26,653 nucleotides of DNA, taken from positions 1 to 26,653 of the forward strand of contig JAWXBZ010000150.1 of assembly GCA_034440375.1 (NCBI GenBank), read 5' to 3'. This DNA is from Candidatus Eiseniibacteriota bacterium. Its GTDB lineage: Bacteria; Eisenbacteria; RBG-16-71-46; JABDJR01; JAWXBZ01. Within the stretch, counting starts at the first letter, position 1. Each line of letters begins with the position of its first letter. A program made the position numbers and the translations under genes. Below the pieces are notes generated by a model that was given only the letters and a program-made list of their open reading frames with translations, did no database searches and was not told the DNA's origin. Positions 1 to 8,772 of this stretch are shown one piece after another.

Positions 1-2235
1 GGCATCCCGCGGGATGCCCCGTATGTCACTCCGCCATGATTCCTCGAAGCTCGAGGATTCATCGTGATAACTCCAGGCGCGGAGATCACCGTAGAAAGCG
101 CCGGTTCGCTGCCGCGACTCGCCGATCAGGTCATGGTGGCCATCACCATCCAGGTCGAGCAGGACAGGCAGGTAGGTCGCTGCATCCGGCGCGCCACGTC
201 GAACCGGATGTTGGGGTGAGACACCCTGGATGGTGATGAACGACGTGGAATCGGTGACCAGCCCGGCGTCGTTCTGGTAAGACGCCACCCACCGGTACGC
301 CCCGTGGGGAAGCGGTTGGTCGATACCAATCTTCGGATTCCGGCTCGACACCTGGCGCTGGAAGGCCGCGGAAAAAGCGGCGACCGGCTGATTCGACTGG
401 ACAAACATCAACTGTCCAAACACCGGCTCATCCGCATCGGCGAGCACACGCACCCCGAAGCCAGCCCCTCCGGTTACCGGATCGACGGACAGGACCGGAA
501 AGCTCTCCAATCCCGTGATGACCGGTGGCGAGTGATCGATACGCACGCGCCGTTCGCGGAACGCCAGCACCCGGTCCAGGCCGAGCGCCTCGACCCGCAC
601 CACCCAGGTCGTTTCCGGCTGATCGCCGACGTACAGCCGGGCCAGGGTTTCGCCCTGTGCCGAGCGACGCGTTTCCAGGTGAATTGTCCGCCAGGCTTCC
701 AGGTCTTGATCCTGCGAAGGACCCGAACCGACCGGGCGCGCCAGGACACGCCAGCCGCGTACGCCGCCGCCGAAGACGCTGCCGTGGACCACGAGTGAGT
801 CGTCCACGCTTATGCCGTCGTCGAGTCCGTCGAGTCGGATCACCGCGTCACCCGACACGCCGAGCGCCGCATCCACTCGAAGCAGCCGCCCTCCCCTGGC
901 CGACTCCATTGGCGGCAAGGGGCTCGCCGATGACTGGTACAGCGCCTCGATCAGGCGGGCGGCCGACCAGGCCGGATGTTTGTCCATGAGAAGAGCCAGT
1001 GCTCCGGCGGCCACCGGGGCGGCCAGGGAGGTGCCCGACTTGGGGGCGGTCCCGCCGCCGAGTTCCGTCGTCAGGATGCCGGCTCCTGGTGCCAGGAGTT
1101 GAACGGCCGGCCCGAACGTGGAGAAGGAGGCGCGCATTCCTTCGCGATTGGAGGCGCCGATCGACAGGACACCGGCCAGGCTGGCCGGATGAAAGGGGAG
1201 GTTGTCACCCGCGTTTCCCGCGGCTGCCACGACGACCACGCCGCGGTCGATGGCGTAGTGCACCGCTTCCTCCAGGATCAGCGAGCGAACGACATCGCCA
1301 AATGACAGGTTCAGGATGTCGGCCCCGTTGTCGACGGCGTAGACAATGGCGGCCGCGGCGTCATCCTCGGCCAGGTAGCCGAGCGAAAAGCCGGTACCGG
1401 GCTGGAAACCGGCGCGCAGCGGCATGATTCGACTCTTCCAGGCCACACCTGACCCGCCGACACCATTGTTTCCCACCGCGGCCGCGGCGCCGGCCACCCA
1501 GGTGCCGTGCCCGACATCGTCCGATGGATCGGCGTCCCGATCGCGATAGTCCCCGGCCCCGATGATCTCGGGCACATCGGTGAAATCGTATCCGTTCACG
1601 TCATCGACGTAGCCATTCCCGTCGTCGTCGACGCCCGGCGCTCCGTCCGACTCCGCCTGGTTCAACCAGAGATTGGCCGCCAGGTCTTCGTGATCGAGAT
1701 CGATGCCGGTGTCGATGATGGCGATGATGACGCCCTCGCCGGTTGCCTCATTCCAGGCTGCCGGTGCACCGATGGCCTCGTGTTGCCACTGGGTGGCCAG
1801 CTCCGGATCGGTCGGCTGGGCGTTTGTGGAAAGCAGCTGCAGCAGGTGGATCGGCGTGGCCATCTCCACGTCCGGGTCGGCCGCCGCCTCACGCGCCGCC
1901 AGAACGGGATCGATACCGGCCGGCAGCTGAACGCGAACGAATCGTCGAATGTCATCGGTCGGCGTCCTGGAAGCATCCGGCCGGCGAGGCGCTCGTGCCG
2001 GCGCCGTTCCCTCGATCAGTGGCGTCAGCCGAACCCGCTGGCCGGATGGGGTCAACCACTCGCGGCGTGGGGCGCCATCCGTATCGGCGCGAAAGCGGAC
2101 GACAATTTGCCCCGGGACGACCGCCGAGGAAGCGGCGGCGTGCGAGGAGGTCACCGACGGGCTAGTCGGCAATACAGTCAGCACCGATGCAGACAGGACC
2201 GACCAGACAAGCCGCGCGGTGGTGGCCCGGTTCAT
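1..2235 (-). CDS. Secreted S8 (subtilisin-family) serine peptidase with C-terminal extension including an FG-GAP-like motif; 3' end truncated by the window edge
   Basis: Not in the ORF track because there is no stop in the window. Hand translation from ATG 2235 (MNRATTARLVWSVLSASVLTVLP..., signal-peptide-like) stays open to base 1. Catalytic triad motifs IAIIDTG, GHGTWVAG and SGTSLAAP; oxyanion AAAGN; Ca-loop DDDGNGYVDD; DLDGDGHHDLI near the edge. Confidence 0.93.
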   Translation of the reverse strand, partial: MNRATTARLVWSVLSASVLTVLPTSPSVTSSHAAASSAVVPGQIVVRFRADTDGAPRREWLTPSGQRVRLTPLIEGTAPARAPRRPDASRTPTDDIRRFVRVQLPAGIDPVLAAREAAADPDVEMATPIHLLQLLSTNAQPTDPELATQWQHEAIGAPAAWNEATGEGVIIAIIDTGIDLDHEDLAANLWLNQAESDGAPGVDDDGNGYVDDVNGYDFTDVPEIIGAGDYRDRDADPSDDVGHGTWVAGAAAAVGNNGVGGSGVAWKSRIMPLRAGFQPGTGFSLGYLAEDDAAAAIVYAVDNGADILNLSFGDVVRSLILEEAVHYAIDRGVVVVAAAGNAGDNLPFHPASLAGVLSIGASNREGMRASFSTFGPAVQLLAPGAGILTTELGGGTAPKSGTSLAAPVAAGALALLMDKHPAWSAARLIEALYQSSASPLPPMESARGGRLLRVDAALGVSGDAVIRLDGLDDGISVDDSLVVHGSVFGGGVRGWRVLARPVGSGPSQDQDLEAWRTIHLETRRSAQGETLARLYVGDQPETTWVVRVEALGLDRVLAFRERRVRIDHSPPVITGLESFPVLSVDPVTGGAGFGVRVLADADEPVFGQLMFVQSNQPVAAFSAAFQRQVSSRNPKIGIDQPLPHGAYRWVASYQNDAGLVTDSTSFITIQGVSPQHPVRRGAPDAATYLPVLLDLDGDGHHDLIGESRQRTGAFYGDLRAWSYHDESSSFEESWRSDIRGIPRDA

Positions 2236-2253
2236 CAAGTCGTCCGCGTTCGC

Positions 2254-3258
2254 CTACCAGCCCTTGCCGATGGAAATGCGATGCGTCGTGCCGAGGTCCG
2301 ATTTGAACGGGACATACGCATATTCGAAACGGAAGCTGCCATCGTACGCCGCGCCGAACGAGAAGTCCTGGCTCTGGTCAAGCTGCTCGTTGTCCGCGGC
2401 GTTGGCGACATTGGGAAGGAAGTCGGCACGGTAGCCCGCCAGGAGTGAGAGTCCCTCGCGATAACGATACTGGGCACCAAATCGGAGGGAGGGATCGCTG
2501 TTCTTCTCGGAAATGAAATCGCCGGCAAAAAGGAGGCTGCCGGACAGGGACGAAACCGGCTTGGTCCAGGCCAGCCCAACCTGCACGGTCTGGGGCAGAT
2601 CAAACTCGCCCGCATCCGCCAGGTCGAACTGAATCTTGCCACCCAGGTTCCGGAGCGAGGCCCCGGCCTCGAGGCCGTTGATGGGCGTCGCCCAGGTGGC
2701 GCCGATGTCGGCCGCGAAGGCATCGGCCGACACGTCGTCGATCGATTCACGCAGATACTTGCCGGTAAGGCCCAGCGAAAATTTCTCGGAGAAGGCCCTG
2801 GCGTAGGAGACGCCAAGCGACAGGTCGGAAAATCCAAACGATACTTCCTGGTTGCCGACCTCGTCGCGGGCATCGAAGTCACTGGCATAGGCCGTTCCGA
2901 AAGACAGTCCGAAACCGTTCTGGCCGACGTTGCGGGCCAGGCTGACCTGCTCGTACCGAATGTCCGAAAGCCACTCGGTGTGCGTTCCGGCAATGTCCCA
3001 GCCTTCCAGGCGGGAAAGTGCGGCGGGATTCCAGTAGGCGCTGGTGGCATCGCCGATCCAGCCACTCACGGCACCGGACAGCGCGGCGGCACGGGCGCCG
3101 GCGCCAAGTCCGAGAAACGGCAGGGCACTGTTGCCGGCCTGTGCCATTACCGGCCGGACTTCGAGTAACAGGCAACCGAATGCCGACAGGAGAAAGCAGG
3201 CAGGGGTGGCAATCCGGCGAACAACGGTCATGGATCCCGGGACTGGCATCATCATCAT
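2254..3258 (-). CDS. PorV/PorQ-family outer-membrane beta-barrel protein (T9SS-associated type)
   Basis: Signal peptide, then the family-typical FLGLGAGARAAALSGA...DATSAYWNPAAL; amphipathic beta strands; C-terminal THRISIGKGW. RBS AAAGGAG upstream of several tandem ATGs, so the exact start is uncertain. Confidence 0.85.
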   Translation of the reverse strand: MMMMPVPGSMTVVRRIATPACFLLSAFGCLLLEVRPVMAQAGNSALPFLGLGAGARAAALSGAVSGWIGDATSAYWNPAALSRLEGWDIAGTHTEWLSDIRYEQVSLARNVGQNGFGLSFGTAYASDFDARDEVGNQEVSFGFSDLSLGVSYARAFSEKFSLGLTGKYLRESIDDVSADAFAADIGATWATPINGLEAGASLRNLGGKIQFDLADAGEFDLPQTVQVGLAWTKPVSSLSGSLLFAGDFISEKNSDPSLRFGAQYRYREGLSLLAGYRADFLPNVANAADNEQLDQSQDFSFGAAYDGSFRFEYAYVPFKSDLGTTHRISIGKGW

Positions 3259-3322
3259 TGGACTCCTTTTCGAACGACCCGGACATTATAAGCCCGAAAT
3301 CGGTTCCGCATCTCCATATTGA

Positions 3323-6300
3323 TCATCGCAGGACAGCCAGCTTGAGCGTCGATTCCGTCGGGCCGGATGGCCCCCGGACGGTCAGCCGGGCCAGGTAGAC
3401 ACCCGGGGCGACGGCCGCGCCATCAACTCCCTTGAGATCCCACTCGACAATATTGTCTGTGCCGGCAAAAGTCGATCCGGATAGCGCACGGAGGGGACGG
3501 CCGAGAAGGTCAAAAATCTGGATTTCCACGCTTTCGATCCCCGCGCCGACGCGGTAGTGAAATCTCGTCAATTCGTGGGCCGGATTCGGCATGGCAAAAG
3601 CATCGGCCAGGTCCGGCCCGTTGACCACCGGCTCGTTGGCGCCGGGGAGCAGCAATCCCATCCGGGCACTTCCGCCACGGTGCGCCCCCCAGACCGGGGG
3701 GCCGGCCGCGCGGCCGATCGTTCGAACCTCGACACGGGCCCGATCGAGATAGGGCGCCACGGTGACCAACTCCATATATCCGTCGCCATCGAGATCTTCC
3801 ACGGCCGGGGAGGCGCCGAGGCGCCCGCTGCCGAAGTAGTTCCAATCGCCGAGCCGCCGGCCGGTGGCATCAACGCCGATGACCTGTCCGTCGTCGAGCG
3901 GAAGGATGAATTCCGGATCGCCGTCGGCCGTCAGGTCGGCCACCAGCGGCGCCAGCTGCGGCTCGATGAAGTAGCGCAGTTCGGATGGCACCGTCACCGG
4001 CGAACTTACCAACGACACGCCGTGATAGTTGATGACATGGAAGACGCCGCCGGTTTCGATGGCCAGGACTTCCAGGTAACCATTCCCGTCGACATCCGCC
4101 AGACTGACCTGGTCGTTGCCGGAAGTGAACAGATAGCGCGGCCAGCCCGCGCGTGGGCGGAATACCGGTTGACCATTCTCGACATCCATCTCCAGCGCGT
4201 AGATGTTGCCGTTGGAGGAGGTGACGACCACATCCATCAGGCCGTTTCGATCCAGATCGCCGACCACCGGCGCCGAGTAGTAGGCCGTGTCGGGCAGTGG
4301 CGCCAGGACGAACTCCCGGCTGGTGCCCGGCAGTGGATCGAACAGGTGAAGCTGGACCGTCCCTGTCGTGTCGGAGGAATCGGCGCGGACCGACGCCACG
4401 ATCTCCAGGTGCCCGTCGCCGTCGACATCCACCACCACCGCCGGCAGCTGGCCGTTGCCTGATCGAAGAGATCCGACGCCCCGCGGGATGGGGCGGCCAT
4501 CCTGGCTTACCCCGTAGATTTCAAATCGGGAAAGTCCCGATTCATCGCGCGCGCCGCCGAAGCCGAACTCGACGCCGGGGGTGGTCGGATTCAGGTCGGC
4601 CCCGAACAGCTCCATGGACGGTATCGGATTGGACGAACGAACCAGGACGCCGTCGCCCATCGCGCCAAGCGGCCGGCCATCCGGTCCGCCGTAACCGAAG
4701 ATTTCGCCATCCTCGCCCGGCACCACGATCTCCGCGACATCATCCCCGTTCAGGTCCGCCACGAGCGGCGAGCCGAGCGGCACGCCCAACTCGACAAACG
4801 GCTGCCCCCCGGGCCCCTCCCAGGCGTTCGTGCCATCATCGTTCAAAACGTAGATATTGCCGGCGCGGTCGGCAATGACGATCTCCCGGGCGGGATCCAG
4901 GTCGAGTTGGCCGATCGCCACGTGGTTGCCGCCAACACGGGTTCGGAGTTCACGACTCCAGTCGGCGGCGGCGGCGCCGAAGCGAACACGAAAAGTCATC
5001 ACGGGCCCGGCGGCTGAAATCTGATCGAAGGTGATCCCGGATTGAATGCCGTAGTAGCCGTCGGTATCCGGCGTCGTGTCCGGCCCGAATCGATCCACCC
5101 ATCCGTCGCGGAACGAATCGTACGGACTGCCGAAGGCATCGCGGTCGAGGCCAAGATAATCCAGGTCCTGGATGCCGTCGGCCTCCTCCAGGTCAACCCC
5201 CTTGTGATCGGCCACGGCATTAACCGTGTTGAATGGCAGGTTGTCGGCAATCACCGAGTCGTCGATATGCCAGATCAGGAGGCCCGAGCCGGTGCCCTCC
5301 CCCGGCAGCCACCAATCCCATTCGGCGTCGGCGTAGCTGTCAACGTAGAAGTCAAAATCACAGACCAGCATCGAATCGTTCCCGGTGCGCTCGATTCGGC
5401 ACCTGGAACTGTCGTTCTCGGTAAAGTTGAATCGGCCGTCCCCGTTGGCATCCTGCAGACGGTTCTCGATCAGGAAGTACTCGTCGCCGCCGATTGGAAC
5501 CTTGATGACGCCGCGAAATCGATCCATGACTATCGCGGGGAGCGACACATCCTGGTCAGCGGTCACGACAATCGGATTGATCCAGCCGACAGCTACCTTC
5601 GACCAGGCCGAAAATTCGGCGGGGACGAATCCGTTGGCATTCCAGGTCCCGGCAGCCATCAGATCCCACGAACCGATCCCCTGGCTCTCGGCAAATACCT
5701 TGTTTTCCGGCGCCACCGTGTCATACAGGTCGGGAAGGCCGAGCGCGTGGCCAAGCTCGTGGCAGATGACGCCCACCGGTGAGAATATAAAGCCGTCCTG
5801 GCTTTCCAATTCGGGATACATGGCCATGTCGGCCACGAAGATCGTGTCCCCTTCCGCGTTGCGGTCGTCGGTGGGGATTCCCCGCTCGGCACCCTCTCCC
5901 GGGAGATAAAAAGCGAAGTCCTCCATTCGGAAGAAGACCGACCAGATCTGTTCCACGCTGTTGTTCAGCACATCGGATTCCTGGCCCGGTCCAGCGTGGA
6001 ACAGAACCACCTGGTCGTACTCCTCGAAATCAACGAAGGGATCGGCAGCCCGCACCGCATCCCGGGCCAGCACCGCCTGCCGAACGCCAATGGAATCGTC
6101 CAGTCCGTAGTAGGCCATCGACTCGGGCATGCGGTACACCGAGGGCGCCAGCGTGGAGTGCAGGGTCAATTGTCCGGCGGAGCTGTCGGTGTAATGCTGA
6201 TTTTGAAAGAGGAGAAGGCGCTCGAAGTAGAGTTGGGTCGAGTCGATCGGCTGGTCGCTGAAATCGACCCGAATGGCCAGGATCCGCAGGGTGCCGAGGG

Positions 6301-6556
6301 TGATCGGATCGCCGGCCGCCGGCTCTGTGGCACTTAGCGCCTGTACGCCGGTTGCGCGGTGCCGGTACCCCTTGAAAACGCGCTCCGGGTCGGCCGCCCC
6401 GCCAAGCGGTGGCGGCAGGCTCTTCTTCTGGGGCACGGGAGGCACGAGGCACGGCCGCGGGGTTGGGGCCAACGGATTGCCCACGGCCTCGAGTGAGGTG
6501 CCGAGGATCAAGGAAAAAAACAGGAACAGGATCAGGTGTAGGACGCGGACGATCAA
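3323..6556 (-). CDS. M6 (immune inhibitor A-like) metalloprotease with FG-GAP repeats and C-terminal FlgD-Ig/T9SS-type sorting domain
   Basis: Signal peptide; ILAIRVDFSD, FHAGPGQE, CHELGHALGLPDLY, GSWDLMAAG, EYFLIENR and GLLIWHID are M6 hallmarks. Repeated DLDGDG/DLNGD motifs; tail PNPA...IFDLLGR...WDLKGVDGAAVAPGVYLARL. TTG start with GAGGAG RBS. Confidence 0.92.
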   Translation of the reverse strand: MIVRVLHLILFLFFSLILGTSLEAVGNPLAPTPRPCLVPPVPQKKSLPPPLGGAADPERVFKGYRHRATGVQALSATEPAAGDPITLGTLRILAIRVDFSDQPIDSTQLYFERLLLFQNQHYTDSSAGQLTLHSTLAPSVYRMPESMAYYGLDDSIGVRQAVLARDAVRAADPFVDFEEYDQVVLFHAGPGQESDVLNNSVEQIWSVFFRMEDFAFYLPGEGAERGIPTDDRNAEGDTIFVADMAMYPELESQDGFIFSPVGVICHELGHALGLPDLYDTVAPENKVFAESQGIGSWDLMAAGTWNANGFVPAEFSAWSKVAVGWINPIVVTADQDVSLPAIVMDRFRGVIKVPIGGDEYFLIENRLQDANGDGRFNFTENDSSRCRIERTGNDSMLVCDFDFYVDSYADAEWDWWLPGEGTGSGLLIWHIDDSVIADNLPFNTVNAVADHKGVDLEEADGIQDLDYLGLDRDAFGSPYDSFRDGWVDRFGPDTTPDTDGYYGIQSGITFDQISAAGPVMTFRVRFGAAAADWSRELRTRVGGNHVAIGQLDLDPAREIVIADRAGNIYVLNDDGTNAWEGPGGQPFVELGVPLGSPLVADLNGDDVAEIVVPGEDGEIFGYGGPDGRPLGAMGDGVLVRSSNPIPSMELFGADLNPTTPGVEFGFGGARDESGLSRFEIYGVSQDGRPIPRGVGSLRSGNGQLPAVVVDVDGDGHLEIVASVRADSSDTTGTVQLHLFDPLPGTSREFVLAPLPDTAYYSAPVVGDLDRNGLMDVVVTSSNGNIYALEMDVENGQPVFRPRAGWPRYLFTSGNDQVSLADVDGNGYLEVLAIETGGVFHVINYHGVSLVSSPVTVPSELRYFIEPQLAPLVADLTADGDPEFILPLDDGQVIGVDATGRRLGDWNYFGSGRLGASPAVEDLDGDGYMELVTVAPYLDRARVEVRTIGRAAGPPVWGAHRGGSARMGLLLPGANEPVVNGPDLADAFAMPNPAHELTRFHYRVGAGIESVEIQIFDLLGRPLRALSGSTFAGTDNIVEWDLKGVDGAAVAPGVYLARLTVRGPSGPTESTLKLAVLR

Positions 6557-6616
6557 GAACTCTCCTCACGAGGGCCCGCGGACGGACCGGAAGTGCGCAA
6601 GATTTGCAGGGACAAG

Positions 6617-6646
6617 AGTCTATCGGACTGCGCGCGCTACCGTCAA
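6617..6646 (-). promoter_or_regulatory. sigma70-type promoter for the M6-PorV-S8 operon
   Basis: Minus strand TTGACG-N18-TAGACT, about 60 bp upstream of the M6 start. Confidence 0.55.
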
Positions 6647-6648
6647 CG

Positions 6649-6688
6649 AAGGGCGCCGCCCGGGTCCTACCCGGGCAGCGCCCCTTTT
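6649..6688 (-). terminator. GC-rich hairpin downstream of the DUF4384 gene, probable terminator (possibly bidirectional)
   Basis: AAGGGCGC-C-GCCCGGG-TCCTA-CCCGGGC-A-GCGCCCCTTTT inverted repeat; the T-run is on the + strand and only TTCGTT follows on the - strand. Confidence 0.55.
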
Positions 6689-6741
6689 CTCCCGTCGCGG
6701 CAACATTGGCCGCACCGGTCATCTATGGGTAATACCGGGGT

Positions 6742-7497
6742 TTACTGGCCCCGCAAATGCCGCCGCTTCTCATGTCCCTGCCCCCGCCCCTGGCGGCCCG
6801 AACGTCCCGGACGACAGGTCGGGTCCCCCACGAAAAAGGAGGTGTAACCCCGGGCTGTACCCCGCTCCCATCGCTCGACCGGTACCTCGATCAGACGCGA
6901 AGCCACCCGATCCATCGCCACGAAACGGTCCCCGCGAACGAACCCGGTCCGGGCCGAGGTGCCGCCCAGCTGGTCGTACTCGTGGCGGCCGGCCAGGCCA
7001 TCCCAGCACTCGACCCACCGATCCGCGATCGGCTCGTCGCTGGCCACCACCACGACGAACTCCTCCCCGGGAGGTCCATCGGCCACCAGCCGGTAATTGG
7101 CATCGCGGCCAGGCAGGTGATGGAGCACGCCGCCGCGGACATATTCCGGATCCCACGCGCTGCGCGGGTAGAGAAGATGCGTGTGGCCCTCGGTATCGAT
7201 GTCATAGATCACGACGTAGGCATCCCGGTTGACCCGAAAGCTGAATCCGACCGGCTGACCGGGGTAAACCAGCCGCCCATCTCCACCGAGAAGCTCGATC
7301 TGGACATCCAGCGCACGCCGGTCACGGTGCGGTACGGGCACCTCCACAATTCGCTGCGGTGATGGTGGCGCTCCGATGATGCGGCGGTTCGCCGGGGGAG
7401 GCGCCGGGGGCGCCGCCGACGCGGGAACCAGGTTGACGGTGAGGCTCACCAGCGCCACGATGAGAGTGGCCACGCGCATTCCACGAAAGGTCTTCAT
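6742..7497 (-). CDS. Secreted DUF4384-domain protein
   Basis: Signal peptide ending ASA; YPGQPVGFSFRVNRDAYVVIYDIDTEG..LLYP...GPPGEEFVVVVAS matches the DUF4384 pattern; AAGGAG RBS; 2 bp after the upstream stop. Confidence 0.8.
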   Translation of the reverse strand: MKTFRGMRVATLIVALVSLTVNLVPASAAPPAPPPANRRIIGAPPSPQRIVEVPVPHRDRRALDVQIELLGGDGRLVYPGQPVGFSFRVNRDAYVVIYDIDTEGHTHLLYPRSAWDPEYVRGGVLHHLPGRDANYRLVADGPPGEEFVVVVASDEPIADRWVECWDGLAGRHEYDQLGGTSARTGFVRGDRFVAMDRVASRLIEVPVERWERGTARGYTSFFVGDPTCRPGRSGRQGRGQGHEKRRHLRGQ

Positions 7498-7499
7498 GC

Positions 7500-8360
7500 T
7501 TACTTCTCCTTACGATCCGCCGGCACGATATCCTCGGTCGGCGGGGTCGTTGACAATTCCCTGTTCCCGCGGTCCAGTTGCACGGCCCAATCGACCACAA
7601 CCCGTCCGCTCGACACATTCACGACATGGAAGCGGGCGAAATAGCCGTCGCCCGTACGGATTACGTAGTTGTGGCCCTCGATCAGTTCGACCCGCCCGCG
7701 GGGCGACCACCCCTCGATTGGCGCCCAGTCCACCATCGTTGGTGGCCCGAACCCCGAATCCTGAATGTCCGCCTCGGCAGCGGCCACCAGCTCCAGCCGG
7801 CCGCCAACAACCTCGACCCAGACATCGGTGCCGGGTGCGTTGGCCGGCTGCCTCCGCCGATTCACGGTGTCCCACCCGGAAAGCTCGGGACGGCTGCCGA
7901 ACCGATTCCAGAGTTCCAGGTCGTGCCCTTCCGGCCGCGGGGTGTCGAAGACCTCGTCGCCCGAAAGCGGACTCTCCTCGCCACACTCGTCGACCGCTGA
8001 TACCGCGTACCACTCGGTCTCCCCATTCCGGGCGTCGCGGTCCGCGAACCAGGTGGCCGACGTCTCGCCAATCGATTCGAACGGCCCATCCGAGTCGGAG
8101 CTGATGTACACCCGGTAGTGATGCAGGTCCTCCTCGGGCGATGGATTCCAGTACAGATCCACCCGCCCATCCCCGGTGACCGAATAGACACCGTTCGGCG
8201 CAAACGGCGCGCGATCATTCAGGTCGTAACAGTCACAGTCGTCGGTCCAGCACTCGTCGCACTGCGAGCCGGTCAACGCCAGGACCACCAGGCCCGCCCC
8301 AAGAATTCCGGTCGCCGGATTCCTCCGGATCCCTTTCCACCAACCCTCACCAGGTTTCAT
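7500..8360 (-). CDS. Putative lipoprotein with fibronectin type III-like domain
   Basis: Hydrophobic N-region ending LTGSQC; Cys/Asp-rich linker; PFAPNGV..GDGRVDLYWNP..DLHHYRVY...YAVSAVDECGEES is Fn3-like; GGGAGG RBS. Confidence 0.7.
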   Translation of the reverse strand: MKPGEGWWKGIRRNPATGILGAGLVVLALTGSQCDECWTDDCDCYDLNDRAPFAPNGVYSVTGDGRVDLYWNPSPEEDLHHYRVYISSDSDGPFESIGETSATWFADRDARNGETEWYAVSAVDECGEESPLSGDEVFDTPRPEGHDLELWNRFGSRPELSGWDTVNRRRQPANAPGTDVWVEVVGGRLELVAAAEADIQDSGFGPPTMVDWAPIEGWSPRGRVELIEGHNYVIRTGDGYFARFHVVNVSSGRVVVDWAVQLDRGNRELSTTPPTEDIVPADRKEK

Positions 8361-8397
8361 CGAACAGTCCTCCCAAACAGGTCTGAAAGGGGGCTAT

Positions 8398-8414
8398 TGC
8401 AACCTGGATGCCAG
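8398..8414 (-). promoter_or_regulatory. sigma54 (-24/-12) promoter for the Fn3 lipoprotein-DUF4384 pair
   Basis: Minus strand CTGGCATCCAGGTTGCA = GG-N10-GC, matching TGGCAC-N5-TTGCW, about 40 bp upstream of the ATG. Confidence 0.8.
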
Positions 8415-8453
8415 AATCATGAGTGGTGTGCGACATCACCATATCTTGATGTC

Positions 8454-8466
8454 AATCAATGGATTG
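8454..8466 (+). promoter_or_regulatory. IHF-consensus site upstream of the sigma54 promoter
   Basis: AATCAATGGATTG is an exact WATCAANNNNTTR match, 40 bp upstream of the -24 box. Confidence 0.6.
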
Positions 8467-8582
8467 CAGCCTGGCGGCGGAATCAGCGTAAGCGGCCGGA
8501 AGTCGGTTGGGGCCGCTCTGGGGAGGGCTGGTGATGCGGTGACGCGACAGCGACGTGTCATGAAACGTCGGTTCAGACGAGG

Positions 8583-8614
8583 AAAACCCGGCGCCTCTTG
8601 CGAAGCGCCGGGTT
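8583..8614 (-). terminator. Rho-independent terminator downstream of the AAA+ ATPase
   Basis: Minus strand AACCCGGCGCTTC-GCAA-GAGGCGCCGGGTT-TT: 13-bp stem (one G-U pair), GNRA loop, ending in a U4 run. Confidence 0.75.
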
Positions 8615-8772
8615 CAGATCCGCGGATGCCGGTTAACTCCTGGAACCAGCCTGGACATCCCCCATCTCATGGTCTGAGAGCCGGGAGCCGGCATCCTTGG
8701 TCGTATGGGCACCGATCCGGTGCGTTGGATCGGGCGTGTTTCCGTTTACTACTTTCGGGACCGTGGTCCCGC

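Noticed and set aside
1-60. Perfect 18-bp palindrome GGCATCCCGCGGGATGCC (1-18) and an imperfect inverted repeat (38-60)
   Set aside because: Both lie inside the open S8 reading frame; no transposase or second copy; probably chance in GC-rich DNA.
36-2448. Several + strand ORFs (e.g. 1507-2448, 304-798)
   Set aside because: They are antisense shadows of the S8 and PorV genes, with no recognisable motifs.
3285-3290. TATAAT on the minus strand upstream of the PorV-like gene
   Set aside because: No convincing -35 or extended -10; could be an internal promoter but unsupported.
8624-8696. tRNA or TPP riboswitch (73-nt branched fold, CTGAGA on the + strand)
   Set aside because: No T-loop, D-loop or CCA end, and the rest of the TPP consensus is absent; kept only as an unknown structured element.
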